A stretch of DNA of 64,000 nt, from the NCBI GenBank assembly GCA_903813345.2, contig CAIIXF020000001.1:30752001-30816000 (forward strand), written 5' to 3'. Below, one piece after another: positions 1-13,000 of this stretch. This DNA is from Owenia fusiformis. Lineage: Eukaryota. Every line of letters starts with the position of its first letter. Position 1 is the stretch's first letter. Below the pieces are notes generated by a model. It ran no database searches. It was not told the origin of the DNA and was given only the letters and a program-made list of their open reading frames with translations. A program made the translations under genes and the position numbers.

Positions 1-62
1 GAAATTACATTGATTGGCTCTGTGCTTCTGGGCAAATGCTTAAGCTACAACCTGAATCTCAC

Positions 63-3000
63 CTTGCCAGCCAAGAAAATACAGAGAATGTTTTGGTTTT
101 CCTCCAATTATTCCCAGGCATCCTGGGATTGCAAGTAGAGCTTTGATGCAGTCTATATATATCACATTTAAAGCAGCACCACCAAGTCGCACAGGAATCA
201 ATATGATCACAGATCGCCATTTTTCAGTTTGTTGTGTTGTTTTGTTTGCAGAGTGGGAGGAGCCATCTGATGTTATGCTGGTGGAGGTTGAACTCCTCCT
301 TCTTTGCGTACACAAGGTTACAATATCTTGTACATAAACTGGAAAACAATAGAGGCAATGGTCTATTCTTAATAATTCAGTGTTTATCAGGTTAGATCAT
401 ATATGACAAAGATAGAGATAATCAATCAATATGGTACACATAGATAGGCAATTGACACTTAACTGGGACGTCTTATGTCTTCCAAATTATCCATGACTTA
501 TTTTGAGAAAATTAATTCCTAGATTAACGATTAAGAAGCAGAATATACATCATTACTCTCACCTGTACAATCCTGTGCCACATAGAGACAGATGTCACCA
601 ATAAGTGGGTTGATTATGGGGGCATTATCCATGGCCTCTCTGTAACACAAGATTTAAGATATTATATGACATTTTCTTGTCCGACCCATGCACAAAAGAT
701 TTTCATTCGATATTCAGATTAAGATTTTTCTATCAAGTAGTCCGGGTCCTTCCAAGTCTCAAGGCTAGTGCCTTAACGCATTACACTATTATAAGGATCC
801 ACCAGGAAAAATTATATAATATTTTAAAAGAATATCACTTACTTGAGAACATGTGCAACTGATGATGGCCCATACCAATCCCCTGCTTGTTTCCCCATAC
901 GTAGACCATAGTGCACTAAATTGTGAATAGAAAATGGGCTATGATCACCTGGCATATCCCCAAACCATCTTATAATTTGTCTATGAAACACACGATCCAC
1001 ATCAGTACAGCCTTTCCAACAATTCCAGTCTGAAAACAGATTGTATTTCCAAAGATGAGCATTGTATGTACATATGTTTAAATGTATTCCACATTATTTC
1101 ATAATATTAAACTGGTAAGATAAGTCATGAAAAGAGTTGAACAATGATACTTGGCAAATCAATGTGACTTTGGATAAGCTTTATAATGATACATGACACA
1201 TACTATGAAGACACTGGCATATGTCTGCCTTTCGGGGCACCCTGTATATATGTAATATCAATGATTACTGGACCTCTAGTCTAGTCAAAGCTGCAACACA
1301 ATGGACTTTCCCAGCTATATAAGGGTTATATACTGGGAGGTTTTGGATAAAGGGTATATCCTGAGGGATATATTTATATCTCCCCGAGGGACTGAAGGGA
1401 CAGATATAAATATTTCCTGAGGGATATACCCTATACCCAAAACCGACCGTACATAACTGGTGTATCTCATACTTGAATGGGTTTTCAGGAGATGATAGAA
1501 AATCCTCAACATCAATTTGGTTTTCGAATCTTAGGTTGGTAGCTCCTTCTTTATCACTCAAATAAGGGTCATTCTCGTGTCCATTATCCATGTTTTTACA
1601 GAATTTCACTCGACTTTTCAGATTTATAAATATATTTTTACAATTATATTGAAAAATTTCCTGGAGTGGGATAGATATATTATATCTGCCTGCATTTGAC
1701 CTGGAGTGGGACATATACAATAAATTCTACCCGCTACTCAGATAGAGATATATATTCCCGGGTGATATCTACCCGAAACCCACTCAAGTATGAGATACAA
1801 TGGTCTACTCTTAAGGTGATGAAGGTCTGAACTCTGAGCTAAAAGAATGGACAACCATTTGAAAGACTGAATACACATCTTGCCATTCCTTAGTAGCTAG
1901 ACTTACCCCTTCCAAGAAAGTGCATGACAAAAGCTTGGGCTAGCATCATCTGTCCTGTTCTTAACATACACCCCCAGCCGAGATCTGTTGTAAGTGTAGA
2001 CTTTGGTAAAGGAGGAAAACCTTGTCTGTATGTGAACCATATTCTTGATGAAAAGTCCTGTTTGAATTCCTCCATACTAGTAATTAATCCATATCGCTCT
2101 ATATCTTCATCTCTCTCTGAAAACAAAAGAGAATTTTTATCTTTACACACAGAACCAGAACAACGGCAACGCCAAAGCGTAGCGAATCCCATCGAACAGA
2201 AATGGCTGGCATTTTTACAAACGAAGCGCAAATATCATAAAACAACACACCAGAAAGGCCACCATTTTCAAAATGGTTGCTCACTAGCCAAGTTGTCATC
2301 AGAAGAAATAATATGCTTTTAAGTAGCCACCTCTAAAATTTTTGAAATATCACACACATGCTTGTAAAATAACACACATAAAAATGGTGGCCATTTTTCA
2401 AAATGGCCGACTACTCCCTAAAGTTTTATTAGACAATGTGCCATGCTTAAAGTATTCACATATCAATGGCTGCCTTCAACCAAAAGTGTCATAGGACAGT
2501 GTGCCATGCTTATAGTATTCACATACCAAATATGAACAATATCGCTCCACTACTTTTCGAGTTATAGTAAAATACGTTAAAATGGCGGCCATTTTGAAAA
2601 ATGGCCGCCTTCTACCAAAAGTGTCTTTAGACAGTGTGCAATGCTTATAGTATCCACATACCAAATATGAACAAAATCGCTCCACTACTTTTTGAGTTAC
2701 AGCAAAAATCGTAAAATGACGAGTAAAGGCCACCATTTTTCAAGATGGCTGCCATGTGCTTCTTTAATATCTACATTTGTAGCATTATTAACGTCCTTTA
2801 TAATTTTTTTACATTTAAAACATATTGCTATTACAGTTTTACATATTGCATGTAAATTACTGTAAAATCGTCACTAAAATGGCCGCCATTTTGAAATGAG
2901 CGGCCATTTTAAAAATCGGCTTTCGAGCAGAACTTCTTACCTCATAGGGTATATGTGTACAAAATATGAACAAAAACTGGCCAACCGTATTTGAGTTATT

Positions 3001-6000
3001 GCCCGGACGGACGGACGGACGGACGGACGGACAGACAGACGTACGTACGTACGGACGGACGGAGGCGTTCCCTATATCCCTCCGAACTTCGTTCGATGGG
3101 ATAATTAATTAAGAATAACTAGAAAAACAGCAACTCCCCAAGAAGCAAATAACACTAAACAAAACATATTTATCAATTTACTCATTTTGAAAATTTCAAA
3201 ATAAATATAATCAGGTAGTAGTATTCTCTCCTTTACACCTGTGAAGTGGCACAATATTAGAAATTTCTTCTCTTGTAGGGGACAGGTATGCCCATAAGGC
3301 ATCAATGAGTCTACAAAATGCTAAATTTTACTAAATCGGACAACTGGTATTCGAAATTTGAGATATTTTTTATAAAAAGGTAGTGGTCAATTTGCCTATA
3401 AAATTTGAATCAAATCTGATAAGATCTGTAAGTCTGTAAAAAATGGAGGTAATTTTGAATTGACTGATCCTCTTCAAATTCTTGATTAGAGGTCATCTCT
3501 GAAGCATGAGCAAACAAGAACACAAATGTGTACAACATGTCCCCACCTTACTCGAGTCTCTAGCTTACAGCTAGACGAAACTTCATTGATTTCGTATGTA
3601 CTGTGCTACACGCACCTACACGCACCTAGAACTCATTTTTAATAAATTTTATAAATATTTTAAAGAATATTAATCATATTTAGGATGAAGCGTTGCTTGT
3701 CTGGATTTAGATATTTCAAAATTTCATTTCGGAGTTTGACACATGGTGAAATTTTCTCGCTGTAGCTAAAAATGGCTTCCGGTTCTGGACGTGAATAACA
3801 TTTGAAATTATTCTCGCTTAAAGAAATCAAATATAACAATAGATTCAGACGGGCATGTGAGCTGATGTTCTTCAAATCTATACATAAAGGTATATTTCAT
3901 ATTATTATGCCATATTTACTGTGCGTGTGACACAATGATTTACAATATTTATAATACTAAGGCAGCTCAATCTTCCTCCTCAAAGCCGGAATATAGAGAA
4001 GGCTTTGGACCGAAGTAATCCCCACCAATGGGTGATCCTATATACTGCAAATTTTTCATACTGAATGCCTAACACTAATCTTGGGTGATCCTATATACTT
4101 TAAATTTTTCATCCTGCATTGGGAAATTAGGAAATGTGTAGACAGGACTTTATAGAGAGGATTTCAGGATGGAAAATCCAAAATTGCAACCTTAAAATTT
4201 ACCCAGAATGCGGAAAAATAATCAGTTCGAAGATTTTCATACTAAGAATCATCCCTGAAAATTTGAAATTGATCCGTCAAATGGTTATCCTGAAAATGAG
4301 TAGACAAAAATGAAGGGCCATTCTCTAGGGCCATATTCCTACTCAAACTGTTTAGTGCAATAGTAGAATGACAAATATTGTTGGAAAGGTGTGAAATTAT
4401 CTTTTAAATTTCAAAATGATTCAAGATATCTGATCAAATATGAAAGAACAAAAGCGCAATTTGAGATTTAACCAATTAGCCTTAAAAGCATAAAATAATA
4501 TTTTACATACCTTGAGGTGTGCTGGAGTAGACTTTACCAAGGAACCACACTGGAGTTTCATAACTATAATTTGTTTTAATTTTGACTGCCCAGCCTACAA
4601 AGAAATTAATTCATAATTTACAGACTCTAAATGAAGGACACACAGCCATGTGCTCACACAGTGTAAAACCTTTCCTGACTTTCAACCAATGATATATAGT
4701 ACTTTGAGAAACTTAGATAGCACAGTTTGTGACCTAGATTGATGACCTTAGAGCTTGAAAATTTTACTTTTTCAGAGCTTGGTAGGTCCTATGTGATTAA
4801 GCTGACAAAAATTTGAATCCAAAAAATCAACTTTTTGACCTTTCGAAGTTCAAGTAAAGGTCAAATCTTAAATCTAAGGTCAGATTTGAACTCATGAGAA
4901 CTCATAGATGATATTTGAAAAAATGGTCAAATTGAAGCAAGTTGTAAAACATGTAAAATAACCTATTTTTATCGTTTTTTGACATCAAATATCTCAAAAA
5001 CACTAAAATTTAATGCTGAGTGACAAATATTGAGCAATTTGTAGAGAATGCTTAAATCTAGTTACAATTTAATTCATCGTCACAAATGGTTACAAATTAC
5101 AAAAGTGTTACAGACGCAGATTGCCAACATTGGAAAGACAATCACAATAATCACCTTTTGATGGTAAAATAACTAGAAACAGCAACTCCCTTATCAAATC
5201 ACTCATATTTTGAACATGAAACATTACATTTTTCATATAAAATGGTGGTCATTTTGAACTCAGCAGCCATCTTAAACATTCCTTCTTAAGCAGAGTCTCA
5301 TACCACTCATGCATCAGCAACAGGAAATAAGTCAACCCCCCCACTCTCTCTAGAGAAAGGGAGGGGGTCACTGACTCCCAGTTGAATCAACATAAAAATT
5401 TTAACCTAATGTGTCAACTCAGGTATGTGAGTTATCAAAGATTACAGATTGTATTATCTGTACCAATAACTCAAATGCGAATAGGTAGTCACTAGTTTCA
5501 CCACCAGATGGCTCATTCAGGTCAGATAGCATGGCAGGTATAGTAGAAAGTTCCCTTTAACTTGAATATTCATCAGTTTAAGGTGTTCAATTTTCATACA
5601 GCCCTTGTGTTTCTGACAGTTATGCAAATTAACCTTGAACATTCATCAGTTTAAGTGGTTCAATTTTCATACAGCCCTTATGTATCTGACAGTTATGCAA
5701 ATTCTCGAAATCGTTATTCCCTCTTCAAAAGAGAAGACGCGAAAATCTTTCCTTATAAGGGCAAAATATTTCCCATGATGCAGTTCGCGGAGGAACAAAT
5801 TTATACTTCCTTATTTTCCCTCATAGGTTTAACAAGGGGATTTTCACACCTATGTTTCAAACGATATATTCGTTCATATTCCCGTACGAGAGTACAGAAA
5901 AAATTATTAGAAACGATTGATCTCTCATCAATCTTAATAGAACAGCTATTTTTTTCATTGTATTAATTCATAGCGTGGTGAAAACCAGGATTGAAAAGTG

Positions 6001-7848
6001 AGAAAATATTCCGGAAGAGAAGGTCACGTGATCAGTAGACTAGTCGCCATATTGGAAAAAACAATTCCATTCGACTTTCAATACTTTCATGCCAATCTTA
6101 CCGCACTACAAACTGCAACATCGATGCAACAACTGAATAAAAGTATTCATCTTCAAATTACATTATAGAGTTACGTTGAAAACCCACAAACAACTGAGCA
6201 GTAGACCAAAGAAGACGCGTCGCAATTATCGAGGTCAATCTGTTCAGTGGTCCGAAAGCAAATCTATAGTACTCGTTTCCGAATTTTGTTGTTCATTGTA
6301 CAATCTTTTATTGATTAAACTTGGTATACTGACTATTAAAGCAATGACAAAGAAGAATACTTACGATGGTGTCATTGTTTTATTTAGCGTGCGGGTGTGA
6401 AAACAAAATTGAGTAATTAGTTTGATTTAGAACTTTCGTGTCACGCAAATAGCTACGCGAAATGCATAGTGGGAAAATATTGACCAATCAAATTTTGTCC
6501 TTTTTGAGTGCTTTTTCAGTGCATATTTGCAAACGTTCTGATTCAAAGAGCGAACCGCGAAAAGGAGAATTAAAATATGTCCAGAAAAATAAAATGTTAT
6601 CTGTTCAATACAAGAACAGATATTTCACTTTTTTGTGATTATATAACATGAGGTCTATGCCTGCTTTTCTGCATGTACAATATGAAACATGAGGTCTATG
6701 CCTGCTTTTCTGCATGTACAATATGAAAAGGCTCAAAAATATATAAAATATTGCTCAAAAATGGAGCTTTATTAGTATAATAATAGATGAATATTGAATA
6801 TGTTTTCAATATAATACTGCACTGTGGTCTTTTGATTGCTTATTTTTAGGTTTTATTGATGGAAAAAAGTGCAGCGGATTATGACCTTGCATTAATGTTA
6901 CACGTTTTGTTTCGGTAACAAAATGTCGGAACGTCGAAGGTACGATTTTTCTTTTTTCCTTACTTCACGCATTGTAGGCAGAATCAGACATTTTTTTCAC
7001 AAAAATGTGTATCAGTATCATATGTTTTAGAAAATGTACATGTTTGCGAAAAAATAGCTCAGAAGACAACAGAATCGTTGATTTAATTCCTCAATTAAGT
7101 TACAGAAACGGTATGGGTTAAAAGTGCAGATCTTAACTGTTTTTTGAAATACCGTTTCTGAAACTTAAGTAAGGAATTAAATCAATGATTCTGTTGTCTT
7201 CTGAACTATCTGTTCGCAAATATGTACATTTTCTGAAACAGAATACGTTTGTGATAAAAATGTCATAGGAATACTGATATACGTTTGTGATAAAAATGTC
7301 ATAGGAATTCTGCCTACAACGTGTGAAATAAGGAAAAAGAAAAATCGTACCGTCAACATTCCGACATTTTGTTACCGAAAGTAGTAGAGCCCATGGCGTT
7401 ATCGAGTGGATCACCCGTGAACTAGATAAACAAAAAATATACCATATTTCATATTGTTCCACATTGACAACAATTTTGTTTTGACTTTATCCTTTTGCTC
7501 TGGTTCATCTTTGCTTGATATAAATCCTGGCAATGTCTTTAGCTCTGATTGTGAATTCTTTTTTATTGATATTTTTGGTTTCGTTTTACTTTTAGAACCA
7601 TATCCATTTGGCGCTGGGTCGATGTGAGGGGTCAATGTTTTCTTGTCTGATTCTTCCTCTGACAGGGAAACAGTTGTGTGAGACCCATGACAATTATGTT
7701 TGCCATTTTCTGTTTTTTGTTCCAAATCATAATGCATTGAGGGTAAACTGTGAAATCCGGTTTCAAAACCATGTTCAATTTCACCAAAATGATCAACTTC
7801 TGACCAAGATCCTAAGGAAAATTCATCATCGTTGGCTGCCGCACACAT
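63..7848 (-). CDS. ATG4: Autophagy cysteine protease ATG4 (ATG4C/D-like), 6 coding exons visible, 3' part beyond left edge
   Basis: Exons 7848-7443, 4594-4511, 2116-1907, 1029-843, 639-563, 338-63, all GT-AG and phase-consistent. Peptides: [47 protein letters not shown] (catalytic Cys), [57 protein letters not shown]. Confidence 0.95.
1317..1799 (+). mobile_element. Non-autonomous element: 5' hairpin plus internal/terminal inverted repeat
   Basis: Hairpin ~1326-1456; TGTATCTCATACTTGAATGGG (1461) inverted with terminal CCCACTCAAGTATGAGATACA (1799); 5' end resembles the reverse strand of 20570-20742. Confidence 0.6.
2153..3105 (-). mobile_element. Non-autonomous Helentron-like element (HINE/DINE-1 type), family A copy 1
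   Basis: Near-identical to 23886-24930; sub-terminal inverted ATCCCATCGAAC/GTTCGATGGGAT, (GGAC)n microsatellite ~3005-3060, ~130-bp subrepeats, end hairpins. Confidence 0.8.
6908..7380. repeat. Imperfect long inverted repeat (MITE remnant) in ATG4 intron
   Basis: TTCGGTAACAAAATGTCGGAA at 6911 inverted with TTCCGACATTTTGTTACCGAA at ~7359-7379; symmetry continues inward to ~7125. Confidence 0.65.
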
Positions 7849-8714
7849 CTTCTCTACCCTTTATCAATACAATGGATCCCTAGATGACCTACAGGTGAGG
7901 TCATGTCCTGAATTGTTTTTAATTTCTGCAAGCGGAAAGAAATTTAGAATCTGGTTTGTGAAGTACGTCATGGAGTTTTGTGTAGGTGGCATCTAAATGA
8001 ACAACTGTATTTTACTAAACGAAATTAACAAATCCCACAAATCGGATTTTTGAATCAATACTAAGTTAACTGCATTTGACTCTGATAAAGTATGTTATCA
8101 TATTCGCATCAAAATAAATACAATAAGTAATTTTGATATGCAGATGTTTGCATATAGGTCAAGGGTAAAGTAAAAAGTCACTTTCTAGATTTAGCTAATA
8201 CAGGGTGTTCCCAAAAATGAAACTCAGAGACATAAATGTCTCTGAACAAACTATATTAATTATTACCCGCGAACTATAACTAGGCCTACCAGAGGCCTAG
8301 TTCCAAGTCTCGTGTGAAATACAAACTGCACATCTCATTTTCAATTCAAGTTTTCTCAACATTTCTCGCGAGGATCTTTTTTTAGTCTATCACTTAGGCT
8401 ATAGCCCCCCCCCCCCTTTATATTTTGAAACTAGCTATAAATAATTTTTGAGAAAAATAATTTTGAAATTCAAGAAGATTATCGCGATTTTTGTAATGCC
8501 AATTGATAGTTTCTGAGCTGAATAACGCTGACACAATAGATACGTAAACTTAGTTTACCCCCGGGGTTACCCTTACAAGATCGAGGTGATAAAACACTTC
8601 AATACACCTTTTAATTTGCTAATTCTGCTCGTAGGGATAATTTTCTACGAATTTTTAAATTGATTCCCGCTTTTTATTATTTCCAGAAATGATTTCCTTT
8701 AAATGAAGCAATAT

Positions 8715-9537
8715 CACAGGCTGGTATCGAAATATTTGTCCGCTGTGACGGAGCATGCTATTTTTCATAAAAACACTAAGAATACTTCACGATTTATTTT
8801 TTTACTCATATGTTTCGTTATACCATACAAAATTACTTACTCCATGCAATCGATATATCATTTGCGGGTAACTTTCACTTCTGTTTGAAGTTCAATTACG
8901 CTGGGAAGAAAAGCTATTGAAAATGGCGCCGGAGTATCATACTTCAAAATGTGCCATTTCTTGTTTAACTTTCTAATGGCAAGATATAGTGACACGATAA
9001 TATTTACACATGGTTTTAGCATAACTATGAAGGTATAAATGAGATGTTGGTCTTTTTAATTCTTTTATAAAAAATAATGTTTAATTTTTTTGTCCGCTGT
9101 GACGGAGCAGTTGCAAATGTGAACTGTGAAAATGCTCCGTCACAGCGGACAAAAAATATTAATATTATTTTTTATTAAAATATCTGAAAAGACCCAATGC
9201 ATTAATATCTCATTAATATATTCAGAGTTATGCTTAAAACATATGTTAATATTATCGTGACACTATATCATGCCATTAAAAAGTTAAAAAAGAAATGGTA
9301 CATTTTAGAGTTTGATACTCTGGCGCCGTTTTCAATAGATTTAACTCCTAGCGTTATTGGACTTCAAACAGAAGTGAAGGTTACACGCAAATGATATATC
9401 CATTGCATGGAGTAAGTAATTACCTTTGATATAACGAAACATATGAGTTAAAAAATAAATCGTGAAGCATTCTTAGTGTTTTTATGAAAAATAGCATGCT
9501 CCGTCACAGCGGACAAATCTTTCGATACCAGCCTGTG
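8715..9537. mobile_element. Palindromic MITE with CAC...GTG termini and 5-bp TSD, copy 1
   Basis: CACAGGCTGGTATCGAAA...TTTCGATACCAGCCTGTG, ~400-bp arms, flanked by AATAT on both sides; second copy 50687-51524. Confidence 0.85.
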
Positions 9538-9544
9538 AATATAA

Positions 9545-10123
9545 CCCTATATCACACCAAACTAGTTCTCACTACGTTCTCGAAGACAGTCTTAAACTGT
9601 GCACGAACGGATTTGACGTACTAAGAACCCCAAAAGAACCGTTTTGGGATCTGTTTACAAACTTCATGAAGACTAGAACGAGTAGGTCCTCCAGCACTTA
9701 GAGAATGCTCAAAATTTTCTGGTGATCGTCAAAACGTTGCCGAATCGGTTTTAAACTGTGTGCGAACTGAATGAACGTAGCTACAACGTTCTACTGCCTG
9801 TTTACGAACTTCATGGATTTCCCGTACGGAGTATGTGATTTAAAATTTGAATCGATTCAAAATTCGATGGCGACCATACCGTTCTGTAATCAGGTCATGG
9901 TGACCTTCTAGACTAAGGGACGGTTTATCTGACTACGTTTCACATCGACGTGGTGCGACCTGAGCGAACTGCGAATGAGATGGACGTATTGAAGACTGTT
10001 TATGAACGAAGTAGCTAATTATTTTAGACATATATCCCGACTGCAGCCAGGTTGAGCCCGTTTTGCGACATTTTCGTAGGACTGGCAGGAACGGGTAAGA
10101 ACTAGTTTGGTGTGATAGGGGGG
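9545..10123. mobile_element. PIF/Harbinger-like MITE
   Basis: TIR TATCACACCAAACTAGTTCT / AGAACTAGTTTGGTGTGATA with TAA on both flanks. Confidence 0.65.
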
Positions 10124-10631
10124 TAATTAAACTCAGTTTCCTTAAAAACATTCTCGAGAGAAAGCTCATAAAACTCTTGTCACTCAGTATTCAATGAAAT
10201 CAGCAAAACAACATATGAAAAAACTAGAAAAATCCTTGGACGCGCGCGTTTTTTACAAATTAACTTTACGCATTCATGCTAGATATAAACGTTACAACGT
10301 TGGTTGAGATGTTCTCAAGACTTGGGATAGGCCCTGCGATTGTGGATTAAAAGTATCGAACAAATATTTGAGGCACAATGTACATTTAAATCAAATAGTG
10401 GATGGACGGATAACAACATAGTGTACACTCACATTACTATGCAATTTTTGGCTTTAATTACTGTTTATTTTGATTTATTTAGAGATTCACGCATGATCAG
10501 CAGATAATTATCGGGACGTCATTTTTTTACTGTAAACACCGTATATGACCTACGCGCATATTCAAACGGCTATATCTTTTATATGTAAATGACATGGGTA
10601 CACTGCGCAAAAATCTCGAAAATAACTGAAA

Positions 10632-11257
10632 AGGATTGGTATCGATATGGTGAACTTTTGAACACACGTTTCTCTAAACCAGTCATAATTTGAAAAAAAT
10701 ATACTTTTCCGTATATTGTTTTAGAAAACACACCAGACACTTCTTTTGTTCTTGGTATGATATATTCGGAATGAAATGAAACATCTTGAAACATCTTTCC
10801 GAACCTTATTGGAACAAAACGACATAAACACAACGTGTTTAGGTCTCTCAATAGTGAAATTGTACAAAGAAAATTTTTGTTGATTTTAAAAGAGTATCTT
10901 GTTAATGAAATAAAAGGTTTATCTTAATCTTTATCTATTTTGGGGGGTTTTGTTTTAATTTTTTGAATACTTTTTCTTAAATCAACCAAAATTTCCTTTG
11001 TATAACTATAATATTGAGAGGTCTGAGAAAATGTTGTATATGCTATTTTGTCCCAACAAGGTAACAATTGTAATAAAAGAACAAAAAATGTTAACAAAAA
11101 CAGTTATATGAAATATATATAAATAATTTTCGCATTAAATTGTTGTCAATCAGTCAACATTATATAAAGGACCATGTTTTTTTTACAGAATGTTTTCAAT
11201 AATTGGTTTAAAAGAAAAGCATTGTTTAATTCAGTTCACCATATCGATACCCATCCT
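10632..11257. mobile_element. Degenerate palindromic MITE (possibly Kolobok-type)
   Basis: AGGATTGGTATCGATATGGTGAACT inverted with AGTTCACCATATCGATACCCATCCT followed by TTAA; symmetry centre ~10935. Confidence 0.55.
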
Positions 11258-13000
11258 TTAAGTCATGACATAGTAAATGAATGATAAAAACATATTTTCA
11301 AACTTAGCATCATGGGGACTTTAAAATAAGGAGAAAAGTGAAGACTGCACATTTTCTCAACATACAAAAAATCCTTAAAGCCTATTATTTGCATTCTGAT
11401 ACTCATAGCATCTTTCTGTTTCACCTGACTGAGGAGAAATGAGATGTCATGGTTTATCATGATTGTACGTATTATTTGTAATTAATAAATAGACCATTCT
11501 GGAAAAAGAATAAATATGACACAAAATGGGTCGGCGACCCATTCTGTGACTCGGTATTATGGCATTCGGTATAACGTCTTTCGGTATAATGCGCGTCGGT
11601 ATGATGTGTTTCGGTATAATGCGCAGACCCCGATTTCTCATTCCCTGAACATTATTTTGATTCAATTCTGCTAGTTAAAGAAATGGAACTTGAATTCAAC
11701 ATTTGAACAAGCAACAAAAATCTATGTACGTTAAATCATTTCGCTTTCGTTTACCTGAATTAATCTAACTTTCACTTTGTTTGTCACATCAAGTGTAGAC
11801 GTTATATGTTTTACAAAAAGTACGGGGTACATAGTATTGATACAAAAGCTACACTTTTAATGCTAAAATTCAAATACTGGAAAATAAGTGATTATTTTCC
11901 AATCACTTTTTTTCGCAGAGTCAAAGTTTACTACAATAACCACAAAATCCGAGTACTAAATGATATTTACTATAAAATTATATACCATCGGAAAGATAAT
12001 TAAATTTACAAGGTAAGATAGTCTATGTATTACATACTAGTATGTCCATTGACAAAGTCACACTTCTCTTTGGGACCACAGGTGCTCCCTGGGTAATAAG
12101 AGCAAGGGGCCGACATGCAAACAGATAAATCAATCATGATTTCTTTAATTGCAGGAGGGCCCCACTATCTCATTACCCATGCAGGGAGCATCTGTGGGGA
12201 CAACAGTGGTATATTTGTGAATTCCCGATTAATGCCATAACTTTGTATATCAAGAGGTGGCTCGACAACTGTTTAGTATTTTTGGCATGTTGATCCTCCT
12301 ATAGATAAGTCATTCATTGACTATTCTTAAAATATGGGACCACTTTATTTTTGAATTATTTTTGAACAAAATATTGGAGTTTCAAAAAGTTATGACAACT
12401 TTTGTCATTTATTCATGTTTTTGCGAATGTAACCAAAGATATTACAATCAATTCCCAAGAGCGTATGCTATACCGTATCGAACTTACTGTAAACATAATC
12501 TTCGTTTCTGTATGATAAAGTCACCATTTATCATGAAATGGTCAATTTTATTCCAAATTAATGTAAACAAATCGACTGATAAATAATGGTGGCCCACACT
12601 TGGTGATTACTACATATAATACAACCTTTAACTTACAGTTTCATAATGTTTATGACTTATTTGTAGAGATCAAAACTGTTGTCAGTCTATGTGCCCACGA
12701 CATGTACCTAGATTATTTTAGCGATTTTGCATAAAATAATAAAATACAAAAGATCTGTCTTCAATGCAAGCAGGCATAGCATTTAACAGTTACATAGAAG
12801 CAAAGGTGACAGAACGTACAAAATGTATATTATAAACTTATCATTCCCAAGTGAAAAACAGTGCAATCTGTGGGGGTGTATGTAAAATACTGACCTCTCC
12901 GACCACAGGTAGCCTCAGAGCAGGGTTTTAAAGGAAACTGTAAAAGACCGACCATATCATGCGTAACACTATAATAATACTGCTTTCACAAAGGCAATTC

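Noticed and set aside
1265..1720. 151-aa minus-strand ORF
   Set aside because: Lies in a hairpin element within an ATG4 intron; no recognisable motifs.
2117..2231. Identical N-terminus [26 protein letters not shown] in ORFs 1890-2231 and 23452-23964
   Set aside because: Comes from the HINE end upstream of the true splice acceptors, not a shared protein domain.
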